Shown: positions 16,409-24,128 of the stretch, piece by piece | How positions within the stretch are numbered: position 1 is the stretch's first letter | Layout: each line of letters opens with the position of its first letter | From: a virus | Lineage: Duplodnaviria > Caudoviricetes | IMG/VR virus record: IMGVR_UViG_3300038318_000358 | Location: 1 to 24,128 of that record | DNA length: 24,128 bases | Strand: one strand, 5' to 3' | Made by a program: the position numbers and the translations under genes | Notes under the pieces: generated by a model | What the model saw: the letters and a program-made list of their open reading frames with translations, nothing else | Database searches by the model: none | What the model was told of the DNA's origin: nothing

Positions 16409-17693
16409 CTGTGGGTTCCTCCGTTTCTGTTGTAGTAGGCGTTTCAGCCGTATTTGCAAATGCCCCGGCGTCCTGCAGCTTGGTCATTGCGCCGTTGATG
16501 AGATACAAATCGCCGCCAAGCTCGGCGGGAATACGGTCAAGGTTCTCCAGCTCCCGGATGTCATTGGCACTCATCCATCCGTTCTGCCGCGCGGTCGCGT
16601 AGCCCGTCATGCGGCTGGCGTAGTCGCCGCGGAGCAGCCCGTCCACATTGAATTTTGTAAACACCGTGCGCTTTTCGCTGTCGAGCAGAAGCGACTTGTT
16701 CATCGCCTGCTCCCAGCGAATCACCCATGGGTCCAGCGTATACTTTACAAACTCCAGCGATTGTTGCTCAATATTGGAAAAGCTCGACTTTTCGAGGTCT
16801 GCCAGCATATGCGGCGGCACCCGGAAAATTCGAGCGATTTCATTGATTTGGAACTTGCGTGTCTCCAAAAACTGCGCCTGTTCGGGAGAGATGGCGATGG
16901 GCGTGTACTTGAGTCCTTCCTCCAGCACGGCGATTTTGTTGCTGTTCGCCGAACCGCCAAAGGTGGACTGCCAGCTTTGCCGGATGCGCTCCGGGTCTTT
17001 GATGGTGCCGGGATGCTCCAGAACGCCGGAGGGCGCCGCGCCGTTGGCGAAAAACTTCGCGCCGTATTCCTCCGCCGCCATTGCCAAGCCCACGGCGTTT
17101 TTCGCCATCGCAATCGGTGAATAGCCCACCAGACCGTCGTACCCAAGCCCCAGCACATGGAGAATGTCCGTCGGAGCGAATACAATATCTGCTTGCTTTG
17201 CCTTTCCGACCTCCGGCGCTTCGTCGCTGCTTTTATAGTAACGGTAGAACAGCCGCCCCTGTGAATCTCTGTCCACCGTAACCCTGTCCGGCATGAGCGG
17301 GTAGAGCGCCACAACCTCGCCGCGCGCGTTTCGGATAATCTGCGCGTAGGCGTTCCCCGTCAGCAGCAGGTGGTTCATCATGGTTTCCCGAAACACAAAG
17401 CTCGTCATTTCAGGATTTGGCTCGTCATGCAGAACCCGCCACAGCGGATGGTCGAGGTATTTCTCCTTGCTGCCGTCTGTTCCGTATTTGTAAACGAACA
17501 GTGGCAGGCCCGCGATTGCCTCGGACAGAATGCGGACGCAGGAGTAAACTGCCGTCATCTGCATGGCGGTTCTTTCGTTGACGACCTTGCCCGATGTCGT
17601 GCCGCCCCACAAAAAGCTGCTGCCGCCGAGGTTTTTTGCGGCAGGGTTGTGCGGCTTATCGCGGGCTTTAAAAATGCTTTGTAGTATGCCCAT
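16368..17693 (-). CDS. Phage portal protein, HK97 family, about 441 aa
   Basis: AVYSCVRILSEAIAGLP, LLTGNAYA.I.R, G.SPI, QFLETRKFQINEIARIFRVPPH motifs. ATG at 17693 after AAGGAGG. Confidence 0.96.
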   Translation of the reverse strand: MGILQSIFKARDKPHNPAAKNLGGSSFLWGGTTSGKVVNERTAMQMTAVYSCVRILSEAIAGLPLFVYKYGTDGSKEKYLDHPLWRVLHDEPNPEMTSFVFRETMMNHLLLTGNAYAQIIRNARGEVVALYPLMPDRVTVDRDSQGRLFYRYYKSSDEAPEVGKAKQADIVFAPTDILHVLGLGYDGLVGYSPIAMAKNAVGLAMAAEEYGAKFFANGAAPSGVLEHPGTIKDPERIRQSWQSTFGGSANSNKIAVLEEGLKYTPIAISPEQAQFLETRKFQINEIARIFRVPPHMLADLEKSSFSNIEQQSLEFVKYTLDPWVIRWEQAMNKSLLLDSEKRTVFTKFNVDGLLRGDYASRMTGYATARQNGWMSANDIRELENLDRIPAELGGDLYLINGAMTKLQDAGAFANTAETPTTTETEEPTDGQNQTKSRPGTR

Positions 17694-17706
17694 AGGCTGT
17701 GCCTCC

Positions 17707-19308
17707 TTACCAAATGAGCAAGCCGCGCTTGTCGTAAACGCTCTCGCCCGTATCATTTCCGCAGCGAATGGCACGGTCAAGTGCCATAATCGTAGCAACC
17801 GCACCGTCGATCTTTTCGGTTGACTTTTCCTTATCCGCCTTGATGTTGCCGGCAGGGTCGGTGCGGATGAAGATGTTGTCCATATTCCATCTGAGAACAG
17901 GATGCCCGCCGTGGGCGATTTTTTCTTCCAATGTCAGCTTCATCAGCTCCTTGGTGGGCGGACTCATATCCTTAAAGCCCTGTCCGAATGGAACGACCGT
18001 AAAGCCCATGCCCTCAAGGTTCTGCACCATTTGCACAGCGCCCCATCGGTCGAAAGCAATCTCGCGGATGTTGTATTTTTCTCCAAGCTGCTCGATGAAT
18101 TTCTCGATGTACCCGTAATGCACGACATTGCCCTCGGTGGTTTGAAGAAAGCCCTGCCTCTGCCAGAGGTCATAATTCACATGATCACGCTTCACGCGCA
18201 GCTCGATGTTGTCCTCCGGTATCCAGAAGTACGGGAGAACGCTGTATTTATCCTCTTCATCCAGCGGCGGGAAAACCAGAACAAAAGCCGTAATGTCGGT
18301 TGAGGACGAAAGGTCAAGCCCGCCGTAGCAGACGCGGCCTTCCAGCGCTTTTTCGTTTACCGGAAACGCGCAGGCATCCCACTTGTCCATCGGCATCCAG
18401 CGCACCGACTGTTTGACCCATTGATTGAGACGCAGCTGTCGGAAGCTGTTCTCCTCGGCGGGATTCTGCCTTGCCGATTCAAATGCCGCCTTGACCTTAT
18501 CCATGCCGACCGTAATGCCAAGCGACGGATTTGCTTTTCGCCATACCTTCGGGTCCGTCCAATCGTCCTCCTGCGCCGCGCCGTAAATGATGGGATAGAA
18601 GGTCGGGTCGTGCTTTCTGCCGTCAATAATATCAAGCGCCTTTTGATGCACCTCCCAGCAAATGCTGTTCTGGTTATCGCCGGCGGTGGTGATTAAAAAA
18701 TACAGCGGCTGCATTCTGGCATCACCGCTGCCCTTGGTCATCACGTCATAGAGCTTTCTGTTCGGCTGGGTGTGCAGCTCGTCGAACACCACGCCATGGG
18801 TATTAAAACCGTGCTTGTTTCCAACATCGGCGGACAGCACCTGATAAATACTGCCGGTGGGCTGATAGATGAGCCGCTTGGTCGCGTCCAGTATTTTCAC
18901 CCGCTTGGAGAGTGCCGGACACATTCGCACCATATCCGCAGCGACATTGAAAACAATAGAGGCCTGATTGCGGTCAGCGGCACAGCCGTACACCTCGGCG
19001 CGTTCCTCGCCGTCACCACAGGTGAGCAGCAGCGCGATTGCTGCCGCAAGCTCACTTTTTCCCATTTTCTTTGGAATTTCCACATAGGCGGTGTTGAACT
19101 GCCGGTAGCCGTTGGGCTTGAGCGTGCCGAAAATATCCCGCACAATCTGCTCCTGCCAGTCAATAAGCTCAAATGGCTTTCCTGCCCATGTGCCTTTGGT
19201 GTGGCAGAGCGCTTCAATAAACGCCACGGCGTAGTCGGCGGCCGCCTTGTCATAGGTCGAATCCTGTGCCTTAAAGCGCGTTTGCTTGTATTTTTTCAGT
19301 TTTCGCAA
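17707..19308 (-). CDS. terL: Terminase large subunit, about 533 aa
   Basis: Walker A-like IPKKMGKSEL, Walker B VVFDELH, ITTAG coupling motif, nuclease GLDLS and KIDGAVA. TTG start at 19308 after GGAAGGAGGT. Confidence 0.96.
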   Translation of the reverse strand: MRKLKKYKQTRFKAQDSTYDKAAADYAVAFIEALCHTKGTWAGKPFELIDWQEQIVRDIFGTLKPNGYRQFNTAYVEIPKKMGKSELAAAIALLLTCGDGEERAEVYGCAADRNQASIVFNVAADMVRMCPALSKRVKILDATKRLIYQPTGSIYQVLSADVGNKHGFNTHGVVFDELHTQPNRKLYDVMTKGSGDARMQPLYFLITTAGDNQNSICWEVHQKALDIIDGRKHDPTFYPIIYGAAQEDDWTDPKVWRKANPSLGITVGMDKVKAAFESARQNPAEENSFRQLRLNQWVKQSVRWMPMDKWDACAFPVNEKALEGRVCYGGLDLSSSTDITAFVLVFPPLDEEDKYSVLPYFWIPEDNIELRVKRDHVNYDLWQRQGFLQTTEGNVVHYGYIEKFIEQLGEKYNIREIAFDRWGAVQMVQNLEGMGFTVVPFGQGFKDMSPPTKELMKLTLEEKIAHGGHPVLRWNMDNIFIRTDPAGNIKADKEKSTEKIDGAVATIMALDRAIRCGNDTGESVYDKRGLLIW

Positions 19309-19330
19309 GAGCTGCCACCTCCTTCCGGAC

Positions 19331-19356
19331 ATAAAAATAGACCGCCATCGGCAGTC
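19331..19356 (-). terminator. Terminator-like hairpin just upstream of the terL RBS
   Basis: Minus strand GACTGCC-GAT-GGCGGTC followed by TATTTTTAT. Confidence 0.6.
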
Positions 19357-19424
19357 CTTCAAAATCTATCTGTACGAGATACAGCCCCATGAAGGGCTGA
19401 CCTCGGCTGTGTTTTTTCGATGGT

Positions 19425-19604
19425 TTAGAATTTTTCGATGCGGACGTTGTCGTCGGCGTCGAAAATGACCTTGTAGCGGGTTTCCGTTCCGTCGGCTTTC
19501 TTGGAAATCAAGCGGATGCCGCCTTCAAAGGCGCGGTAGGCCCGGTCGAATTTCTCGCCCTGCGGCAGTTGGCTCTTGGCCTGTTTGAGTTGCTTCTCCG
19601 TCAT
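19425..19604 (-). CDS. Small hypothetical protein, 59 aa, with its own promoter and terminator (moron-like)
   Basis: ATG at 19604 after CAGGAGG. Sequence MTEKQLKQAKSQLPQGEKFDRAYRAFEGGIRLI... Preceded by motif copy 2. Confidence 0.75.
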   Translation of the reverse strand: MTEKQLKQAKSQLPQGEKFDRAYRAFEGGIRLISKKADGTETRYKVIFDADDNVRIEKF

Positions 19605-19642
19605 GGTCGTGTCCTCCTGTAAGTTCGTATTTCCCTTGCGGC

Positions 19643-19739
19643 AGGTACATATTCGCTCTAAAAGCACAGAATAGCAAGGTCTATTTCGGGCATATACTAC
19701 ACGATTTTTCCGCTTGTGTATGCCCTCGCAATTGTGTAG
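19643..19739 (-). promoter_or_regulatory. Repeated promoter/operator motif, copy 2
   Basis: Minus strand TTGCTA-17 nt-GAATAT-GTACCT. Upstream inverted repeat CTACACGATT (19697-19706)/AATTGTGTAG (19730-19739). Confidence 0.75.
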
Positions 19740-19740
19740 G

Positions 19741-19929
19741 TTACAGCCGTTGTTCCTCTCCGGTGAGGATGAAGTGCGCGTATTCTCGGCGGTGTTCTTC
19801 CAGATAGGTCACCAGTTCGTAGAACTCCATGTCATACGCAATGCGCTGAACTGCATGGATATCGAACATATTCGTGCGTCCGGTGTCACGCACGGCGAGA
19901 ATTTGCTTCTTGACTGTTTCACTCATCAT
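19741..19929 (-). CDS. DUF5049-like small protein, 62 aa
   Basis: QILAVRDTGRTNMFD...VQ.IA....FYELV..LEE....Y..FILTG pattern recognised from memory of this family. Confidence 0.8.
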   Translation of the reverse strand: MMSETVKKQILAVRDTGRTNMFDIHAVQRIAYDMEFYELVTYLEEHRREYAHFILTGEEQRL

Positions 19930-20155
19930 CGCTCACCACCCTGCAGACGTCCGCGCCGTAAGCCACCGACAGGCCACAGCCGTTGTCCCATGCAACCATC
20001 ACACTGCCAATGTCGTCCACGCCGCGCACGGTGCCCTTTGTGCCGACCGGAGGCGCCTGCGGGTCGTCCATTTTGACAAGCTCCACACGGCTGCCGACCG
20101 GATACTGCCTGCGGATACGCTCCACAATTTCTCTGGGCGGAAAATTATTGCTCAT
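19919..20155 (-). CDS. DUF4314-like small protein, 78 aa
   Basis: YP.G.RVEL..MDDPQAPP.GT.GTV.GVDDIG...V.WDNG.GL....G.D pattern. Confidence 0.85.
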   Translation of the reverse strand: MSNNFPPREIVERIRRQYPVGSRVELVKMDDPQAPPVGTKGTVRGVDDIGSVMVAWDNGCGLSVAYGADVCRVVSDDE

Positions 20156-20906
20156 TCTCTGTTTCCTCCTTGTCCTGCAGGCTCATCACATCGTCATAAA
20201 GGTCAGCGTCTGCATTGATGTGTTTGACCATCTCCTGCACCTTCGGATGGCCGCTTTTGAACGCGCCGCTGCCGGTGAGGTTCTTGAGCAGGATTTTCCG
20301 TGCCGCTTTGTACTCCTCACCGATGAAGCCGAGCCGAAGCAGGAAGCAGCGGAATGCGTATTTGTCGTTCTCGGTTTCCTTTTCCTTGGCGATTACGCGC
20401 TTCTGCGTTTTCGCCATGGCGATGAGTTTGCTTGTAAAGTGGGCGTAGGCGCTGATTTCCTCCGGTGTCGGGCTGCCCTCAAACCACGGGAAGCTGACCT
20501 TCTCATCGTCCGCCTCAATCGGCAGCGCATCGACCGCCAGTGCCTTTTTAATGAGCGTCTCCTTGCTTGCCACCAGCAGACGCAGGTTTTCAAGCGCCGC
20601 GTCGGTAATGTCCTCCCGCGGATAGGAAAGAATAAGGGAATCAACAGCCTCCTCGGTTTCCAATTCAAAGCCCAACTCATACAGATACTGGGTGAGTTTT
20701 TCAATTTTCTCGCTGTCGGCGCTCACCGCGCGTTGCGGATTGCGGTCGTCGAAGCTGACGGTGCCGTTTTTGTCGATGGTGAGGTAACCCACCTTGTAGG
20801 CGAAGGTCGGAGCGCCCTTGTACGTTGCCGCGCATGCCATAAACTCCGCAATTGCCGTAACCAGCCGTTTGCGGTCGTTGCCCGTGACATTGTACTTCAT
20901 TTCCAT
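20145..20906 (-). CDS. Conserved phage protein often annotated as 'virulence-related protein', about 253 aa, function unknown
   Basis: Y.GAPTFAY.VG..TIDKNG, NL..LV.SK..LIKKAL, FPWF and ENDKYAFRCFLLRLGFIG.EYK..RKILL.NL.G..AFK motifs. ATG at 20906. Confidence 0.8.
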   Translation of the reverse strand: MEMKYNVTGNDRKRLVTAIAEFMACAATYKGAPTFAYKVGYLTIDKNGTVSFDDRNPQRAVSADSEKIEKLTQYLYELGFELETEEAVDSLILSYPREDITDAALENLRLLVASKETLIKKALAVDALPIEADDEKVSFPWFEGSPTPEEISAYAHFTSKLIAMAKTQKRVIAKEKETENDKYAFRCFLLRLGFIGEEYKAARKILLKNLTGSGAFKSGHPKVQEMVKHINADADLYDDVMSLQDKEETENEQ

Positions 20907-21181
20907 TCTCCGTCCCTCCATCCCATGAAAAACAATACCGCGTCGGAAAACCCGGCACGGTAGTAGAAGTTCATCGTCTCGCCGTCCACCAGAGAGTAGG
21001 CGTTTTCCCATTCGAGGTACGCCTGACGCTGCTCAGGGGTCAGCGAGCTTTTCAGTTTTTCGGTGCAGCGCTCAAACTGCTGATAGGCTGCCTGCAAGCC
21101 ATCGTTGCCGCGTGCTCCGCAGTCGTCGATGCGCCGCTGGAGGAATTCGTCGAGCGCTTTTTTCAAGTCGTTTTCGTGCAT
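20897..21181 (-). CDS. Hypothetical helical protein, about 94 aa (possibly DUF6809-like)
   Basis: ATG at 21181 after GAAAGGTGG. L..EQ...Y...E and YY..GF.D pattern. First gene after motif copy 3. The family assignment is weak. Confidence 0.65.
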   Translation of the reverse strand: MHENDLKKALDEFLQRRIDDCGARGNDGLQAAYQQFERCTEKLKSSLTPEQRQAYLEWENAYSLVDGETMNFYYRAGFSDAVLFFMGWRDGEWK

Positions 21182-21206
21182 TTCCTGTACCACCTTTCCA
21201 TTTGGT

Positions 21207-21251
21207 AGGTACATATATGCCTCTTAACGCCTGAAATAGCAAGGGTTATTT
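21207..21251 (-). promoter_or_regulatory. Repeated promoter motif, copy 3
   Basis: Minus strand AAATAACCCTTGCTATTTCAGGCGTTAAGAGGCATATATGTACCT aligns with copy 2 AAATAGACCTTGCTATTCTGTGCTTTTAGAGCGAATATGTACCT with one indel. Confidence 0.75.
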
Positions 21252-21400
21252 GAGAGAAAAATGATATTCTCCGGTATGCACAAATCGCCGAAATTTGTCT
21301 CGGCGGGAAGTGTGGGGATTATGTTTTGGCGAGAAATACCCAGCGTCATATGTCGGCAACTGCGCGAGCTTTGCAAAGCGGTGTCACTTGTACCCCAACA

Positions 21401-22645
21401 TCAGAAATTACTATTCTCACGCGCAGTTATCTCCGCATAGGCATACGTCAGCCCGTCGCGCTGTACGGAAACCTTGTCTGCCGAGCCGACCTGCTCGATA
21501 TAGCGTTTCACGATCACGTCGCAGAACTTTTCATCAAGCTCAATGGTGTAACAGCTGCGCTCTGTCTGCTCACAGGCGATGAGGGTACTGCCGGAGCCGC
21601 CGAAGGGGTCAAGCACCAGCGTATTGCTCATGCTGGAATTCATAATCGGGTATGCCAGCAGCGGGATTGGCTTCATGGTCGGATGGTCGCCGTTCTTCTT
21701 GGGCTTGTCAAACTCCCAGATAGTCGTTTCCTTGCGTCCGGTGTACCACTGGTGCTTGCCTTTTTTCTTCCAGCCGAACAGCACCGGCTCGTGCTGCCAC
21801 TGATAGGGCGAGCGCCCCAGAACCAGCGACTGCTTTTTCCAGATGCAGCAGCCGGACAAAAAGAAACCGGCATCCGCAAAGGCTCTCCTGAAATTCAGCC
21901 CCTCGGTGTCGGAATGAAAAATATAGATACTGGCGTCGTCTGCCATAACCGCTTCGATGTTCTGAAACGCCGCCAGCAGGAACTTGTAAAATGCGTCGTT
22001 TGCCATATTGTCATTTTTGATTTTTCCGGCGCTGCCCTCGTAATTGACGTTGTATGGCGGGTCCGTAATGACGAGATTTGCTTTTGCGCCGGCCATCAGC
22101 ATCTCGAAAGTGTCCGATTGGGTGCTGTCGCCGCAGACCAGCCGGTGCCGTCCCAGCGTCCAAGCATCGCCGAGCTTGGTGATAACCGGCTCCTTGAGCG
22201 CTGCTTCCACATCGAAATCATCATCGTGGATTTTGTCCCTGACCTTATCCTTGAACAGATCGTCCAGCTCGGCAGGCTCAAAGCCGGTGAGAGATACATC
22301 AAAATCAGCCCCCTGCAAATCCGCAATGAGCAGCGCCAGCTTGTCCTTGTCCCACTCGCCGGAAATCTTGTTGAGCGCGATGTTGAGTGCTTTTTCCTTT
22401 TCCTCCGGCAGATCAACCACCACACAGTCTACTTCTGGAATGCCCATATCAATGAGCACCTTCAGACGCTGGTGACCGCCAACGACGCGTCCGGTGGCCT
22501 TGTTCCAGATGAGCGGCTCGACATAACCGAACTGCTCAATGGAGCGCTTTAGCTTGTCATATTCGGGATCGCCGGGTTTCAAATCCTTACGGGGATTGTA
22601 ATCGGCGGGAATGAGCTGCTCCACGGGTATTTTTCGTATATCCAT
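21401..22645 (-). CDS. ParB-like N-terminal domain fused to a beta-class amino DNA methyltransferase (DPPY, probably m6A), about 414 aa
   Basis: YNPRK...KRSI..FGYVEP....VVGGHQRL ParB/Srx motif, motif IV TDPPY, HPTMKP, motif I LDPFGGSGST. ATG at 22645 after AGGAG. Confidence 0.93.
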   Translation of the reverse strand: MDIRKIPVEQLIPADYNPRKDLKPGDPEYDKLKRSIEQFGYVEPLIWNKATGRVVGGHQRLKVLIDMGIPEVDCVVVDLPEEKEKALNIALNKISGEWDKDKLALLIADLQGADFDVSLTGFEPAELDDLFKDKVRDKIHDDDFDVEAALKEPVITKLGDAWTLGRHRLVCGDSTQSDTFEMLMAGAKANLVITDPPYNVNYEGSAGKIKNDNMANDAFYKFLLAAFQNIEAVMADDASIYIFHSDTEGLNFRRAFADAGFFLSGCCIWKKQSLVLGRSPYQWQHEPVLFGWKKKGKHQWYTGRKETTIWEFDKPKKNGDHPTMKPIPLLAYPIMNSSMSNTLVLDPFGGSGSTLIACEQTERSCYTIELDEKFCDVIVKRYIEQVGSADKVSVQRDGLTYAYAEITARENSNF

Positions 22646-22647
22646 AA

Positions 22648-23973
22648 TCATTTCTCCTGTTTCACGGCGGTTTTGCCGGTGAAATTTTCCCAGCGCTTGA
22701 TCATGACATCGCAATAGTGCGCGTCCAGCTCCATGATGTAGCAGGTGCGGTCAAGCTGTTCGCAGGCGATGAGCGTCGTGCCCGCGCCGCCAAAGGGTTC
22801 GACCACAACGTCATTTTCATCGGTAAAGGCAACGATGTATTCCGACGGCAGCGCCACGGGGAAGGTGGCGGGGTGCTCGGCGCGAATCTTGCCTTTTTCA
22901 CTGAGCTGCTTCGTGACCGACTCAAGACTGGTCTGCTCCGGCAGCTCCAGCAAGCTTTCCATCTTCTTGAATGCGCCGGTTTCATTGCCGCGCCGCGCAA
23001 TCCGAAAGGAGCCGTCCGCCTGACGGATTTTGTTGTAGCGCCCGCCGGAGTAAATGCTGGCTTCCTTCTTGCGCCACGTCGGATTCACTGCCACCGGCTC
23101 TTTGCCAAAGCAGAATATCCATTCATGCCGGATGGGTATCATCGCACTTTGCTGCCCGACGCTTCCGCAGGTGAGTTTATCCCACACATTCCACGCCAGC
23201 AGCTTCAGACCGGCTTGCTTCGCCGTGTCGATGTAAACGTTCCAATAGGGATAAACCTCGCCGTCCTTGCGCTGGATTCCGAGATTGACCGCTTGCAGCG
23301 CGGCAAACGGTTCATAGCAAGGGAGAAACTGCGCAATGCTGTCCACGCTCAATTCCTTGTCGCCGTTGTAGGTTCGCATATCGCTGTAGGGCGGCGAGGT
23401 AAAGAGCAGCTTGCTTTTCTGCCCGTCCATCAGTCTGACAACATCGTCTTTATCCGTGCTGCTGCCGCAGAGCAGCCGATGCCGGCCGAGCTGCCAAATG
23501 TCGCCGGGCTGGCATACCGTCGGCTCATCCGCATTGATCTCCGGCACAATATCCTGCACGATTTCATCATCGACGCCGAGCATAAGCCCGATTTCACTGG
23601 TGTCGAAGCCGGTCAGCGTAACGTCAAAATCCTCCGCCTTCAAATCCGAGAGCAGGTTTTCGAGCTTTTTTGTATCCCACTCGCCGGAAATTTTATTCAT
23701 GGCGATGTTGAGCGCCTTTTCGCGGGTGGCATCCAAGCTAACCACCACGCACTCCGCGCTTTCATAGCCAAGTACTTTCAAAACGGAGAGCCGCTGATGA
23801 CCGGAAATGACCGTGAAGCCCGTCGCCTCGTTGACGACGATCAGTTCCACATAGCCGAAGCTCTCGATGGAACGCTTGAGCTTTTCAAATTCCGCATCGC
23901 CGGGACGCAGCTCCTTGCGCGGATTGTATTTTGCCGGATTCAGCTCCGACAGCTTTAGGCTTCGTATATCCAC
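22648..23973 (-). CDS. ParB-like N-terminal domain fused to a beta-class amino DNA methyltransferase (SPPY, possibly m4C), about 441 aa
   Basis: YNPRK...KRSI..FGYVE....VISGHQRL, motif IV TSPPY, HPATFP, motif I EPFGGAGTT. GTG start at 23973 after AAGGAGG. Confidence 0.92.
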   Translation of the reverse strand: MDIRSLKLSELNPAKYNPRKELRPGDAEFEKLKRSIESFGYVELIVVNEATGFTVISGHQRLSVLKVLGYESAECVVVSLDATREKALNIAMNKISGEWDTKKLENLLSDLKAEDFDVTLTGFDTSEIGLMLGVDDEIVQDIVPEINADEPTVCQPGDIWQLGRHRLLCGSSTDKDDVVRLMDGQKSKLLFTSPPYSDMRTYNGDKELSVDSIAQFLPCYEPFAALQAVNLGIQRKDGEVYPYWNVYIDTAKQAGLKLLAWNVWDKLTCGSVGQQSAMIPIRHEWIFCFGKEPVAVNPTWRKKEASIYSGGRYNKIRQADGSFRIARRGNETGAFKKMESLLELPEQTSLESVTKQLSEKGKIRAEHPATFPVALPSEYIVAFTDENDVVVEPFGGAGTTLIACEQLDRTCYIMELDAHYCDVMIKRWENFTGKTAVKQEK

Positions 23974-23974
23974 G

Positions 23975-24128
23975 TCATTTGCCCCTCCTTGCATTGAGCA
24001 AGCGCTCCATCACGTCGTCCTGCGGGTTTGCACCGCTGTACTCGCCGGTGCAGTTCTCCTTGACGATTTGAAAAATCTCGTACCACAGCCGGTTGGTCTG
24101 ATTCATGTAATTCTGACCCATCGCCACA
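23975..24128 (-). CDS. Terminase small subunit (P27-family-like), C-terminal part only
   Basis: Not in the ORF track. Manual translation gives VAMGQNYMNQTNRLWYEIFQIVKENCTGEYSGANPQDDVMERLLNARRGK*, matching the recalled C-terminus of P27-type small terminases. Confidence 0.8.
   Translation of the reverse strand, partial: VAMGQNYMNQTNRLWYEIFQIVKENCTGEYSGANPQDDVMERLLNARRGK

Larger units (their letters stand above)
146..24128 (-). mobile_element. Temperate siphovirus-like prophage (packaging, head, tail, lysis and integration modules), continues beyond the window end
   Basis: Co-oriented canonical gene order terS-terL-portal-protease-capsid-connectors-tail-holin-endolysin-recombinases next to a tRNA. 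The left boundary is approximate because the att site is not resolved. Confidence 0.95.

Noticed and set aside
14435-16435. 666-aa plus-strand ORF antisense to the capsid and protease genes
   Set aside because: It mirrors well-supported minus-strand genes. It has no recognisable motifs or RBS and is the expected shadow ORF of GC-rich codon usage.
21326-23958. 408-aa and 413-aa plus-strand ORFs opposite the methyltransferases
   Set aside because: Antisense shadows of the MTase genes with no domain signal. Not a restriction endonuclease or antitoxin as far as can be seen.
21401-23973. Complete restriction-modification or BREX/DISARM defence system
   Set aside because: No nuclease, helicase or specificity subunit is nearby. 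The context is the phage packaging module, consistent with orphan phage methyltransferases.

Overview
This window is the right-hand part of a temperate siphovirus-type prophage, probably from a Clostridia-like Firmicutes host. It lies directly downstream of the 3' part of a tRNA-Pro(TGG) gene. All phage genes are on the minus strand. In transcription order they are: terminase small subunit (partial), two tandem ParB-domain DNA methyltransferases, a cassette of five small accessory genes, terminase large subunit, portal, ClpP-type prohead protease, HK97-type capsid, head-tail connectors, tail tube, a tail chaperone with a -1 slippery site, tape measure, baseplate and tail fibre, holin, amidase endolysin, then an integration module (HTH/zinc-finger protein, small protein, two large serine recombinases). 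The most notable unexplained signal is a dispersed 32-58 bp promoter/operator-like motif found three times: twice in the accessory cassette between terS and terL, and once inside a small CDS just before the recombinase pair. This suggests one regulon linking excision/integration with the cargo genes. All product calls come from motif recognition and synteny, and no database search was run. Several starts were moved from the ORF track to RBS-supported codons.
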